From a virus, in the IMG/VR virus record IMGVR_UViG_3300031420_000003, positions 1-64,000 of that record: DNA of 64,000 nucleotides; one strand, given 5' to 3'. The number at the start of each line of letters is the position of its first letter. Positions within the stretch are counted from its first letter, which is position 1. Below are positions 19,185 to 29,187 of the stretch, piece after piece. Below the pieces are notes generated by a model. That model was not told the origin of the DNA, ran no database searches, and saw only the letters and a list, made by a program, of their open reading frames with translations. The position numbers and the translations under genes were made by a program.

Positions 19185-19871
19185 TCAAAGGGAGGACTGG
19201 TAGGTACGTTCTAACTCTTGGGTGAATGCCTCATCGAAGAAACTGATGTCTAATGACTCAATCATCTCGAGGCGTTTCTCTAAGCGTTCCGCAAAGAGAA
19301 CATCGTACCACTCAGGAACACGGCCGTAACCGTTACGACCGAACTTATCCTGAATGTGTCGAATAGCATGGAACTTTGCATCGGTCAGCGACTTACCATG
19401 TGACCTTGCGTATAAAAAACTTCTCCCAGCATAATTGCCCACTTCTTCAGTGGACGGAATCCCGCGATCGGCTGCAGCGAGTATCTCAGAGATAATCCCG
19501 TTGTAGCGCTCACCTTTGTAAGAGCCCCGGTGCTCGAGTGCAGCGTAGGCCACAGTCATCACATCGTCATCGGTCATCTTAAAGCGACGCTTGAGTTTGG
19601 CTTTGTTGTCCATTGCCCAAGTGAACGCACGGATGTGATGGTCAGCCCGGAACTCGGTGGTGCTGTAGATGTCATGCAGACCGGCGGCAACAATGGCCAG
19701 CGGTAAATGCTCTTGCCAATCCATCAGGTGACAGATACGAATGGCGTTGGAAATCACCCCATCGATGTGGTCGATGCGATGCGCAGAATCGGTTTTCTTG
19801 TAGAACTCTTTGAAGTAAGTACGGACTTTCAAACGCAGCTGATTGATTTCTGAACCGGACATCTTTTCCAT
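19185..19871 (-). CDS. HD-domain phosphohydrolase
   Basis: HRIDH...GLHD...DHH...LEH...AAD metal-ligand pattern. Confidence 0.85.
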   Translation of the reverse strand: MEKMSGSEINQLRLKVRTYFKEFYKKTDSAHRIDHIDGVISNAIRICHLMDWQEHLPLAIVAAGLHDIYSTTEFRADHHIRAFTWAMDNKAKLKRRFKMTDDDVMTVAYAALEHRGSYKGERYNGIISEILAAADRGIPSTEEVGNYAGRSFLYARSHGKSLTDAKFHAIRHIQDKFGRNGYGRVPEWYDVLFAERLEKRLEMIESLDISFFDEAFTQELERTYQSSL

Positions 19872-19919
19872 GATAGGCCTCTATGATTAGTCGATGAGTA
19901 AAGATTTAATACACAACTC

Positions 19920-19938
19920 CACAATAATAATATCTATC
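19920..19938 (-). promoter_or_regulatory. Phage promoter motif GATAGATATTAT-N4-GTG
   Basis: Exact copy of the motif, directly after a terminator. Confidence 0.7.
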
Positions 19939-19941
19939 TCT

Positions 19942-19984
19942 AAAAAAATAGAGTAGGGGTGAGCCCCCGAAGGGACCCACCTCT
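19942..19984 (-). terminator. Intrinsic terminator
   Basis: GC-rich stem with a UUCG loop on the minus strand plus U7. Confidence 0.65.
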
Positions 19985-19998
19985 GATTAACCGGTCTT

Positions 19999-20550
19999 TT
20001 AGTGCAATTGCAAAAGCAGCCCTACGGCCAAATTGGAATCCTCCTGATAGTTGCTGATGATACTGACGATGCCGTCAATGTCTGGGCGGTCTGTTAATGT
20101 CCATACCGCAAAACCACCATTGTCGGACCATTCGTTACAGTTACGACGGTAGTCGTCTACCAGCATGTGTCCGCGTCCTGCGTATTGTTTTTTCGCTGCC
20201 GAATTCTCCACGACGGTAATACGCGCAGCGGGTACATCAAAGTGCTTTTTGAACCACTCCTGTTTGCACTCAACAACATGGTTAAAATCCAGATGGTCTT
20301 CAGCGGCAGACGTCAATATCTGCCAACCATCCGTACACGTCATTGCGGCCTCAAGTATTTTCTCAGTACCGGGAATGGGTGGTAAATTATAAAACAGATC
20401 CGGGTCCTTTTGATAAATCTCTCTCATCAGAAACCGGCGACGGGTCTCAGGAAGCTTATTAAACTCTTCCGGGGACATCGTCAGTACGTGCTTAGAAAAC
20501 ACATACTTTCTCCAACCTGCAAACACGCCATCGCTATCCAAACTTAACAT
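19999..20550 (-). CDS. HAD-superfamily 5'(3')-deoxyribonucleotidase (NT5C-like)
   Basis: Motif I LDSDGV, motif II ILTS, motif III Lys, motif IV LVDD. Confidence 0.85.
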   Translation of the reverse strand: MLSLDSDGVFAGWRKYVFSKHVLTMSPEEFNKLPETRRRFLMREIYQKDPDLFYNLPPIPGTEKILEAAMTCTDGWQILTSAAEDHLDFNHVVECKQEWFKKHFDVPAARITVVENSAAKKQYAGRGHMLVDDYRRNCNEWSDNGGFAVWTLTDRPDIDGIVSIISNYQEDSNLAVGLLLQLH

Positions 20551-20655
20551 TTCAATCGTTCCTAATCCGTGACAACCTCTACCACATCAAACCCACATGC
20601 AGTAAATAAAGTAACAGCCCCCACCATTACTGAAGGTGCACGGTCTCCCTTCGCA

Positions 20656-20958
20656 TTATTGCTTCAGCGTTAAGAGACCACGCAGAGGTTCGGTTAGCAA
20701 GAAATACGTCTTATTGAAATCAATGTCTGTCCCAACCATTTTCAGGTCGAGTGCGAACGTGGCCAAATCCATTGGCGCAACCGCAGAAGCGGCGTGGTTG
20801 AGTTTGCGTTTGGTGTCTAACCGCCCGCTGGTACCTAATACCTCAATCAGTGCTTCCTTCCCGCCACGACCGATAATCGTACGGACCGCCAGTTGCTTAA
20901 GCTCATCGGCTGACAGCGACTGTAGGCTAGGAGGCACTTTAACATTTACGACTTTCAT
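20656..20958 (-). CDS. Hypothetical protein
   Basis: GAGGGG SD before MKVVN. Confidence 0.65.
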   Translation of the reverse strand: MKVVNVKVPPSLQSLSADELKQLAVRTIIGRGGKEALIEVLGTSGRLDTKRKLNHAASAVAPMDLATFALDLKMVGTDIDFNKTYFLLTEPLRGLLTLKQ

Positions 20959-21002
20959 GCGACCCCCTCGTGTGATGTGATTGCAGACCACGAACACTGG
21001 AG

Positions 21003-21629
21003 TTAGTAGCTGACGCCGTAACCGTCTTGTGCATTGAAGAAAGTGTCAACACTCACTTCGGTGCAATCCCCCACAGTAACCTCTTGCGTCTGGTGTTTGA
21101 TAGCGACCGGTAAACGGTACGCGATGCCTTCACGCAACGTCTCCCCGTTACGTAATGTCACCTCTTGACCACAACGCACAACAAATGTAAAGCGGTTACC
21201 TTCCCCGTCCATTTCCAGCAAGCGCATCTCGCCCAACAGCTCAGGACTGATTTCCCAGTTACCCATGCGATGTGGGACAATCCACACTTCCCCGGCACGC
21301 ACCGGTTCCTGACTCAACTCTATCGAGGGCTGAACCACACTGCGTTCAGTGAAACCATAGATAAAGACTTGGCGAGGAACATCGCCCGTTCTCAGGATGT
21401 GACGCGCTGACGCAATGCAACGCGCTAAGTCAACCGAACAACAAACCCGGGGTACGGTTTTGTCTTCATCGCTTAACACTGACAACGGAATGCGGGGACT
21501 GAATACACGAACCCGACTGGTACTGATGTGTAATGGTGGCGTATCCAACAGCCGCGGTGTTAACTTCTTCATCACGCGCGGCATCTGGTTTTGAAGCCAA
21601 GTGTCAAGAGAGGCAGCGTAGCTTTCCAT
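21003..21629 (-). CDS. Conserved-looking phage protein, possible ADP-ribosyltransferase-like fold
   Basis: LHIS..FSPRIP..EDxTVPRVCCS..GEVW pattern; abuts the protease gene. Confidence 0.55.
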   Translation of the reverse strand: MESYAASLDTWLQNQMPRVMKKLTPRLLDTPPLHISTSRVRVFSPRIPLSVLSDEDKTVPRVCCSVDLARCIASARHILRTGDVPRQVFIYGFTERSVVQPSIELSQEPVRAGEVWIVPHRMGNWEISPELLGEMRLLEMDGEGNRFTFVVRCGQEVTLRNGETLREGIAYRLPVAIKHQTQEVTVGDCTEVSVDTFFNAQDGYGVSY

Positions 21630-22445
21630 TTACCAACGTTTCTCCCCCATGCCCATCACACGGAAATTCGAGCGCTGCTCAGTACCTCGAGACAGCTCGA
21701 GGTATTCTTGCGCAATGCTGCGAAGGTTGTTTTGACGGGTTGACTCTGTACCAACCAGTGTCTTCTCACGTTCCGCGTACAGAATCTCTTCCAACGCTTC
21801 ACGGGTGATAACACGGTCCAAATACATGCGGGTTGATTCTTGCGCCACTTTCGAGCCGCGCTGCATCGCCGAGTATTTGTTACAGATTTGCAGACCGTCT
21901 TCAATCACCCAGTCAAAGGTGATGAGTTTGTCGATACGGCGCGTGATAACACCGTTGACACGTTTCTCACGTACGATGGCGCGCAGTGAGAAGCAGACGT
22001 TCTGGTGTGGGTTCTCAAACGCTTCCGCCAACAGCGGGCCACGTTCACGGTTAGGCTTCACCCAACCCCACACTTCAACCACCGGCATGCCATTACAGAC
22101 CTGATCGGTATTGATAAGTTCAACTTCACGGATGTGGTGTGAAACGTTTTTGGTTTCAATCCATTCGTTGCGTTCCATAAAGGCCGCATCCGACATCCCC
22201 TGTTCCCACGGTGGATGATCCTCTTCCCCGTAGAGATTCCCCGCCTGAACTTTGCGCATAAAGACGTTGGACCGGTCGAACACGTGCTTGGATTCGTTGA
22301 ACGCGTAGAACACCCCTTCGGAGTTGAACACGTTTAGCGCCGCCAGTAACACGCGGTAGTAGCCGTCTTTGTCTTTTTGCAGTGTAGCCCCGGCATTGAC
22401 GCCGGCGAGCGCTACACAGTTGTAACGCATCGATAAGTTTTCCAT
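21630..22445 (-). CDS. Prohead (head maturation) serine protease (phiKZ gp175/SPN3US gp245-like)
   Basis: GEEDHP (His77), CFSLR (Ser), TFDWV; AQE-203 candidate self-cleavage site; synteny with virion RNAP genes. Confidence 0.85.
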   Translation of the reverse strand: MENLSMRYNCVALAGVNAGATLQKDKDGYYRVLLAALNVFNSEGVFYAFNESKHVFDRSNVFMRKVQAGNLYGEEDHPPWEQGMSDAAFMERNEWIETKNVSHHIREVELINTDQVCNGMPVVEVWGWVKPNRERGPLLAEAFENPHQNVCFSLRAIVREKRVNGVITRRIDKLITFDWVIEDGLQICNKYSAMQRGSKVAQESTRMYLDRVITREALEEILYAEREKTLVGTESTRQNNLRSIAQEYLELSRGTEQRSNFRVMGMGEKRW

Positions 22446-22457
22446 GACCGCTCCTGA

Positions 22458-23180
22458 TTACCGCATAAAGAGATCTTCGAGTGGTTCGGCTCGGACCGGG
22501 TCGACTGACAGCGCGGACATAATGCCGCGGCGTAATTCAACGTCGGCGAGTTTCGCCAAGCGAGATGTTTTGTTTAGGCTGCCGTCGCGCAGAGGAATGA
22601 ACTGGACTGGTTTTAACAAGTCCGAATCCTTCTTCAACGAATAACGAAAGAACTGACGCGGGTCACCGAGCGTGCGCTGCGTGTGGGCAGCGTAACAGTC
22701 AGCGGTAATCTGGTCTGCGAACACTTGGAAGCCATTCCATTTTCGGGTGTTCGATAACAACTCAGCATCATCCACCGCGTTCATCCAGAACGGTCGGTTA
22801 CCAAAGTCGTACACATACGAGGCGATGTTGTAGACGTGGTTAGAGATGACCTGCAATTGTCGGTTCGGGAATACTACCGTCCCCGGATCGAATCGGAATT
22901 CGTAATACGGCTCACCGTTCACCGTGATTTCCTCAAACGAGGAAGGGGTGATTTCAATCAGCGTTGTGACGTTACTCACACCGAAGGTTTTGCGGTCGGT
23001 ACTGATGGCAAACATGCCAATAATCTCAACCGTGCTGGAGATAAACGCCAGCTCCTTCGATGCGAAACCAACGGGGATGTAAATGAAACATCCCCCTTTG
23101 GTCAATGTCGCCACGCCTTGTTTGATTAAATCTGCGTGAACCTTGCTCGGGTTCCGCACAGCTGTTTCAATGGCGCTCAT
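22458..23180 (-). CDS. Probable virion RNA polymerase beta-prime C-terminal subunit (SPN3US gp244-like)
   Basis: Synteny; C-terminal SRLAKLA...GIMSAL...EPLEDL resembles the beta-prime C-terminus. Confidence 0.55.
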   Translation of the reverse strand: MSAIETAVRNPSKVHADLIKQGVATLTKGGCFIYIPVGFASKELAFISSTVEIIGMFAISTDRKTFGVSNVTTLIEITPSSFEEITVNGEPYYEFRFDPGTVVFPNRQLQVISNHVYNIASYVYDFGNRPFWMNAVDDAELLSNTRKWNGFQVFADQITADCYAAHTQRTLGDPRQFFRYSLKKDSDLLKPVQFIPLRDGSLNKTSRLAKLADVELRRGIMSALSVDPVRAEPLEDLFMR

Positions 23181-23203
23181 GGCAACCCTCCCGCGAAAGC
23201 AGG

Positions 23204-24664
23204 TTATTCAACCAGCAGTCCGATAAGCAGCCACTCGATAACGAAGTTCGCTGCCCATTCGGACGCTACTTCCGCCGGGCTTTCGTTTTTGATCATGCCT
23301 TCGTGAATGGCCGTCAGCAGATTAGCGACATCGTACTCACCGAACACTTCTGCTGCTGCAACGTTAATCACAAACGCAGTGATATCCGTTGAGTCGCGGT
23401 TGAAACGGTAGTCGATAGACGAGAACACACCACGGCGGATTTCTTCCGGGGTGAACAGGTCATCAGACAGGTTCCGACCAAAGGTTTCCGGGTCAGCATT
23501 ACCCAGCGCCACCGCAAACGCCGACTTCAGGGCTTGACGGTTAGCAGACAGCCAATCCGTGTCTTCCTTCATACGGCTCACGGTGGAGCGACGTTCCCAG
23601 ACCTGCGTGTAGTACGGCAGACGTTCGATGATAGAGCCACCCAGTGTAGAGGCTTTGGTATCGCCTTCGTCACCGGCGTAGATAGCACCGAGCAGCGCTT
23701 CAGTGGTACCGCCATCTTCGCAATACTTATCAAACGCTTCCTGACACACGTACACTTTCTTGTCAGCGCGAGAGAACGAGTACACGACCTGACCGGAGTG
23801 GGCACGCTCAACGATGTTCTGGGCGAACAGGTACGTCCAGCTCACAGTGGAGTAGAAGATACTGTTGAGGATGTTTTCCCACTTCGCAACGGAGACACCA
23901 CTGCCTTCCCACGGGTTGTCCACGTAGTAAGACGACAGCAGCATAAACAGCACTTGGTCTTTGGCAAACTGCGGCGCTTCAGGACTGGCAGGTGACACGT
24001 TAAACGCTTCGACCATGTGGCCCAGCGCTTCACTGATGTTCCAGCCTTTTTCGTTCAGCAAACGCGCAACCAAATCGTCCAGTGCACGGCTACCCGACTC
24101 CGGTGGCTGCACACCTTCAGGAATGTTGATACCGGCAACGTCACGCGAGAAGTCAAACGCCGTTGGCTTAGCGACGCTTGCAATCAGCGCATTCACCAGT
24201 GGGTCATCAATCGAGGCTTCCATTGAGACCGGTTCCAGTGACCAGTCTTCAGAGGTATCCTGAACCGGACGCACATCCATGTTTTTCAACACGTCATCAA
24301 CAAACGGCTGCACCACGTTACGGGCAAAGTCGACCAACCCGTTCACGCGTTGTACGGCCATGTTCTTTAAATCGAACAGGGTCGGTTCGTGGTCATCCAC
24401 GCGCAGCATTTCTGCACCGGCTGCGGTATCCACCACAACAGACTCTTCACCGGTACCGATGGCCGGCTTACGGGCTTTGGTGGCATCCGCCAGACCTTGG
24501 TAGAACTGCTCGTCCGTGATAGACGAGTCGTAGACCGAGGCATCGGGGGTTGCTTTGTTCAGCAGGGACACCGGAGAGCCTTCATCGGCATTGATGTTCA
24601 GGCCAGCCTGCTTTGCCAACAGCATTGCGTTGGTGGCAGCGTTCAGGGAATATTGGTTAATCAC
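23204..24664 (-). CDS. Probable virion head protein (486 aa)
   Basis: Acidic ORF with GGAGG SD inside the protease-vRNAP block. Confidence 0.65.
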   Translation of the reverse strand: MINQYSLNAATNAMLLAKQAGLNINADEGSPVSLLNKATPDASVYDSSITDEQFYQGLADATKARKPAIGTGEESVVVDTAAGAEMLRVDDHEPTLFDLKNMAVQRVNGLVDFARNVVQPFVDDVLKNMDVRPVQDTSEDWSLEPVSMEASIDDPLVNALIASVAKPTAFDFSRDVAGINIPEGVQPPESGSRALDDLVARLLNEKGWNISEALGHMVEAFNVSPASPEAPQFAKDQVLFMLLSSYYVDNPWEGSGVSVAKWENILNSIFYSTVSWTYLFAQNIVERAHSGQVVYSFSRADKKVYVCQEAFDKYCEDGGTTEALLGAIYAGDEGDTKASTLGGSIIERLPYYTQVWERRSTVSRMKEDTDWLSANRQALKSAFAVALGNADPETFGRNLSDDLFTPEEIRRGVFSSIDYRFNRDSTDITAFVINVAAAEVFGEYDVANLLTAIHEGMIKNESPAEVASEWAANFVIEWLLIGLLVE

Positions 24665-24954
24665 GCCGCACCTCCTTTATCAGTGCTGATTTTCTGCTGG
24701 ATACGGGCTGCAATCTTGCCGCCGATCATGTCCGCGATGTCACGCTTATACAAACGCTGGTCGCCGACGTAACCGCTCAGACCGTCGGTCTTGTGCAGCA
24801 GTTCAAACAGAATCTCGGTACCCAGTTCAATGGTGTTTCCGAGGGAGACAAAGCTCTTACGCTGCTGAGCAGAGAAACCCTGCGTCTCGCGTGTTTGGTT
24901 GTTACGCGATACCGGCAAGCCGTTGCGCAGTCGAATGCTATCCAGGATGCTCAT
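24661..24954 (-). CDS. Small hypothetical protein
   Basis: GGAG SD before MSILD; ATGA coupling to the next gene. Confidence 0.65.
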   Translation of the reverse strand: MSILDSIRLRNGLPVSRNNQTRETQGFSAQQRKSFVSLGNTIELGTEILFELLHKTDGLSGYVGDQRLYKRDIADMIGGKIAARIQQKISTDKGGAA

Positions 24955-25005
24955 GTTTACTCCGGAGTTAATGGCTTGGCGGGAGCGACCCGCCAAGAGA
25001 GTTAA

Positions 25006-28000
25006 TTACACTTTGCTAGGCAACTTAGGTGGCTCTTCGCCGTCTAAGATGCGACCGACCCAATCCCCACCTTTGAGGGCACAACCGTTACAGGTACCGA
25101 TCTTAATGACCGACCCAACGATACGTGCATCGACCGACGTACGACCGAACTTAAAGTCGACGGGGTCACCAGACTCAGTGTGGTTCTCACCGGGCATAAC
25201 TTGGTAGACGGTGGTTTTTAGCTGGTTGGCCAATACCAACTTATCCGCTGCTGCCATGTCAACCCGATGGGTGATGTAAAACTTAATCACCGCATTTTGG
25301 TAAGCCAGTGGGACACCATCAACACGGTAGTCGCCGTTCACACTGCCCGAGGTTGGGACGTCGTCTTTGCTCAGTGCAGTGGCTCGCTTCTTGCGAACGC
25401 GGTCGTATTTCTGCACAAGGCTGGTAATGCTGGGTGACATGTCCTCGATGTCGCCGTGATAGACGATTTCGATTTTGTCAATAAATCCACGCAAGCCTGC
25501 CTGCGGTGCATACGCACTCAGACCGTACAGGGTGGCTGCCGATTCTTCGCTAAAGGACGCAGAGTCGTCAGACATTTGGTCATTGAAGGTGCATAGGATA
25601 CTGTCGACATCAACGTGGTCGCCCTCCTTCAGGATTTCCATGATGTTTTGGTCAAACCGAATGGTGACTTCTTTCGCCTTTGTGACATCTGCCTGCATCA
25701 GTTTTGATGCGCGTTCAGAAATCGCATTGGAGTCCTCAATCACCTCCTCACCTTCAATCAGCGCCATCCAACCGACGATACCGTTCTTCAGGTTAACCTG
25801 CGTTTTGTCCATCAGGTCACGCTCAAAGTGTTGCTCGTTGAACGTCACCACGGTACCTTCCGGGAACTTGTCACCGACTTTGAAATCGGTCACTAAGGTG
25901 TGCGGGTAATTGCTCCCCTCGTGCGCACCAAACCACCGTCCCAGTTCAAATGACACTTCACTGCCGTCGTCGTACTTAATCTTGATGTGGTCGTCACTGA
26001 CCTCCAACACTTTACCGGCTTGCTCAGCCACACGGGCGTGTTTCACCGACGTACGGTGAGCCACCATTTTCTCCATTTCGGTTCGATACGGCAGGGTGGT
26101 CGCACCCACACAAGCCATAGCGGAACCCCATTGGATACCGACGAAGTTCTGACGCTTCGCATCGTCCATCAGTGTGTCGGGGGCGAGACCGTCAATGAAC
26201 GACAGCAGCTGACCCGGTTGTAAATCCTTAACGTTACGTGGTGCGGTGATGCCATCCACCGTGGCGTAGCACGGGTTGGCAGTGGCGAACGCGGTAATAC
26301 CCACATCACCGTTATCGACGGTGTTGCCTGACACCACCCCTAAATCACTGGGCTGGAATTCACGCGTGTGGTACACCATGGTTTTGCGGTTACGGCCTCC
26401 CGTACCACCCATGGTAATCACGTCCTTCTCTTTAATGTTCTGAATCGGGTTCGCTCCCGGTGCGAGCAGCACAGACGGGTCGGAGTTAATGGCACCCCAC
26501 ACCATGTCCTGCGGCAGCTCGAACTTACGAGACGAGCCCGGCGCGTTTTGATAATTACGCATCGCACGAACCATCGCCGTATAGACGTGGTAAGCAATAC
26601 GCTGGTTGCCGACAAACATCATCTCGTCACCGTTAATCTCAGGCTTCGAGTGGTCGGTCTGCAGGAGTTCATTACTGCGCTCCAGCAAGCCAATAAAGGT
26701 TTCCGGTTCACCCATCTGACGCAGGATACGTGCATGCATGTCATCGACAAACGCGGACCGCATTTGTTTCAGCTCGTTGATATACCTCGGGGTGAGGCTA
26801 TCGGCATCACGAATCAGGTTCAGGTAGATATCTTCACGTTCCACTTCCGACTCGGTGTACATCACCATGTGTTTCAGGTACTTGTCAAGCCCGTTCACCA
26901 CCATACGTTGTTTGTCGTTGTCACACATCACGACAATCTTCGCATCCGCTAAACGAATCACCGAATCAAACGTCGTCTTATCGACACGCTGGCCCGGTGG
27001 TAGCACTTCGTAACGAATGCCGAAGTGTTTAAGCATCCCGGTTAACCCGAGATAGAAGGAGAACACAAACCCGAGCGATAAGCTCTGGCCCATAATCGAC
27101 AACTCACTGACCTCACGCGGGGCTTTCACAGCTTCGATACCCAAGGTATCCGCCAGAGAACCCAGTGGCTCAACGTTATCCCCTTTAACACGGTAAACCT
27201 GAGAGTGCTGGTCCATGCCCAGTACACCACCGCGTCCGGTAGCCACAGGCACAAGTTCTTTCTTCTCAAGGTCTTTCACGACAGCTTCACCAAAGAAGCT
27301 CTCGCGCACCGCATGTTCAAAGTTCCAGCGATAACCGATAGCATTGAAGGTCGACACACGACGGGCAACCATGGTGTACTGACGCGGGAGTGTCAGTTCC
27401 GGGTTGAAGACGTTTGCCAATTTCGCATCGGTGATTTCGGTGTTCTTCGGATCAACAGCGCGGGTAATGATTGCGTTGGTGAGCCAACGACCGTAATCGT
27501 TCACGGCTTTCTCAGAACGGGAAACAAAGTTTTTGCCGTATGCCGTTGTGAGGGCCACGGTATCAAAGTTAACCTTACGGATAGGAACATCAACACGCTG
27601 ACGACGCATGGTGTATTCCGTGCCGTTCGCCATCCACGTACCGTCTTCTGTCAGAGAAGGAACACTGAAACGGACCGTTACAGGTTCCCCGCCCACTGGC
27701 TGGAGACGGAGGGTGTGGTGTTCGACGTTACCCGTGACAGCCACTTCTTTATCCACGGTGTGGTTGTGAATCACAAGGCCCAGACGCTGAGACGACGCCA
27801 CAGCACCCAAGATGTCTTTCGGCAACATGGTGCGGTTGTACTTCTTCGTCATCACATCGGTGGTGTTCTGCGTCCATGCTTCTGTCATGACCGTGGGATT
27901 TTTAACCAGTGTCTTGGCTTCCACTTTCAAATCGGCTTCGGTGTACTTCAGAGCTTCACCGTAAGTCTCTTTGCCCGTTTTATCATACGGGTTCGGCAGA

Positions 28001-29178
28001 GAAACAAATCGCTCAGACGACTCATTCAAGAAGGTGAAGGCTTTGACTGAGAGGCGGCCCGCCTCGGCCAGTCGCTCGACTTCGTTCTTGATGATTTGTC
28101 CGTGGTCAATGGTTTTCTCAACCGTAATCGTTGTGGGCTTGACGTCTTCGACTTTCTCTTGAATAACAAGGTCAGCTTTCTCATCGAAGTGGTCGTCGTC
28201 TTCCTCGAGTTCTTCATTCTCGATATCGTCGACGCCGTCTAAGCCATCGATGTTACCCTGCGCAACCGCCGGCTCACTGATGGTCACTTCATCGCCACTT
28301 GGGCTCACAAAGTCAATATCAGCAACCGGGTCCGGGTTACGGGTTAACACCTGTGCAATCAGTTTGTGGAACTTACGGGCCATCATGTCGTCATTGAAAC
28401 GACCGCCCGAGTCCTTACGCATGCGCTCGACCACACCCATGTTCATCACCGTGAAACCGGTGTTGTGGGTAATGATGAAGTTCATGCGTGACAGTTGGGA
28501 GAAGTCCATGCCGGCAAAGACCGACAGTTCTTGGTCACCGTTGGCCCATGCAAAGAGCTCAAGCAGCCACTGCAGATCGAAGGTCTGGAAATGCTCCAGA
28601 CGGGTTTTGATACGATCGTTGTAGGTGGCTTTGAACTTCTCGAAGGATGGCAGCATACCGCCCACGTTCAGAATGTAATAGTTCTGACGGGTGTATTCGT
28701 TGGTGTCGTACTTCATCTGCTGAGCAATGGTCACCACCACGTTATGCAGACGGTCATACCAGCTTAACTGGGTGTCGGCATAGCGGTAGTGGGGCAGCAG
28801 CGGGGTGTAGTTCTCAATGAGCAGCGTCATGTCATCACGACGCACTAACTCATCCGTCTGCATCCGGCGGAAGGTACGGTTCTCACGGTGGTATGCCAGA
28901 ATCAAACGGTCTTGACCCTGTACCGGTACCGGGATAGGTTTCCCGGTAATCCCGTCTGTTGCCAGACGGAAGTGGTGGCGTACCTGAGCCGGTTTGGTCA
29001 GCTCTTGGAAGTACGGCAGGGTGCTGGGTGGTGCCAATACCACTTGGTCGAGGTCGACCGTGTGGAGTACAGAGCCACGGGGGATCTGCAACTTCTCAAG
29101 CGGGATGATACGCGGTGTGCTGTACTCATCCGACTTACGAATTGAGAAGTGTTGGTTGAATTGGCGAATCTGCAGCAT
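25006..29178 (-). CDS. rpoB: Virion RNA polymerase beta subunit, N-terminal and middle part (phiKZ gp178-like)
   Basis: DDAKRQNF (cf. DDANRALMG), EDSNAISE, DKLVLANQLKT (cf. GDKxAGRHGNKG). Confidence 0.88.
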   Translation of the reverse strand: MLQIRQFNQHFSIRKSDEYSTPRIIPLEKLQIPRGSVLHTVDLDQVVLAPPSTLPYFQELTKPAQVRHHFRLATDGITGKPIPVPVQGQDRLILAYHRENRTFRRMQTDELVRRDDMTLLIENYTPLLPHYRYADTQLSWYDRLHNVVVTIAQQMKYDTNEYTRQNYYILNVGGMLPSFEKFKATYNDRIKTRLEHFQTFDLQWLLELFAWANGDQELSVFAGMDFSQLSRMNFIITHNTGFTVMNMGVVERMRKDSGGRFNDDMMARKFHKLIAQVLTRNPDPVADIDFVSPSGDEVTISEPAVAQGNIDGLDGVDDIENEELEEDDDHFDEKADLVIQEKVEDVKPTTITVEKTIDHGQIIKNEVERLAEAGRLSVKAFTFLNESSERFVSLPNPYDKTGKETYGEALKYTEADLKVEAKTLVKNPTVMTEAWTQNTTDVMTKKYNRTMLPKDILGAVASSQRLGLVIHNHTVDKEVAVTGNVEHHTLRLQPVGGEPVTVRFSVPSLTEDGTWMANGTEYTMRRQRVDVPIRKVNFDTVALTTAYGKNFVSRSEKAVNDYGRWLTNAIITRAVDPKNTEITDAKLANVFNPELTLPRQYTMVARRVSTFNAIGYRWNFEHAVRESFFGEAVVKDLEKKELVPVATGRGGVLGMDQHSQVYRVKGDNVEPLGSLADTLGIEAVKAPREVSELSIMGQSLSLGFVFSFYLGLTGMLKHFGIRYEVLPPGQRVDKTTFDSVIRLADAKIVVMCDNDKQRMVVNGLDKYLKHMVMYTESEVEREDIYLNLIRDADSLTPRYINELKQMRSAFVDDMHARILRQMGEPETFIGLLERSNELLQTDHSKPEINGDEMMFVGNQRIAYHVYTAMVRAMRNYQNAPGSSRKFELPQDMVWGAINSDPSVLLAPGANPIQNIKEKDVITMGGTGGRNRKTMVYHTREFQPSDLGVVSGNTVDNGDVGITAFATANPCYATVDGITAPRNVKDLQPGQLLSFIDGLAPDTLMDDAKRQNFVGIQWGSAMACVGATTLPYRTEMEKMVAHRTSVKHARVAEQAGKVLEVSDDHIKIKYDDGSEVSFELGRWFGAHEGSNYPHTLVTDFKVGDKFPEGTVVTFNEQHFERDLMDKTQVNLKNGIVGWMALIEGEEVIEDSNAISERASKLMQADVTKAKEVTIRFDQNIMEILKEGDHVDVDSILCTFNDQMSDDSASFSEESAATLYGLSAYAPQAGLRGFIDKIEIVYHGDIEDMSPSITSLVQKYDRVRKKRATALSKDDVPTSGSVNGDYRVDGVPLAYQNAVIKFYITHRVDMAAADKLVLANQLKTTVYQVMPGENHTESGDPVDFKFGRTSVDARIVGSVIKIGTCNGCALKGGDWVGRILDGEEPPKLPSKV

Positions 29179-29187
29179 GTCTAAACC

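Noticed and set aside
27205-28050. Long antisense ORFs such as 27205..28050, 4947..5657, 51392..52129 and 61999..62694
   Set aside because: They lie opposite well-supported genes and are explained by codon bias on the sense strand
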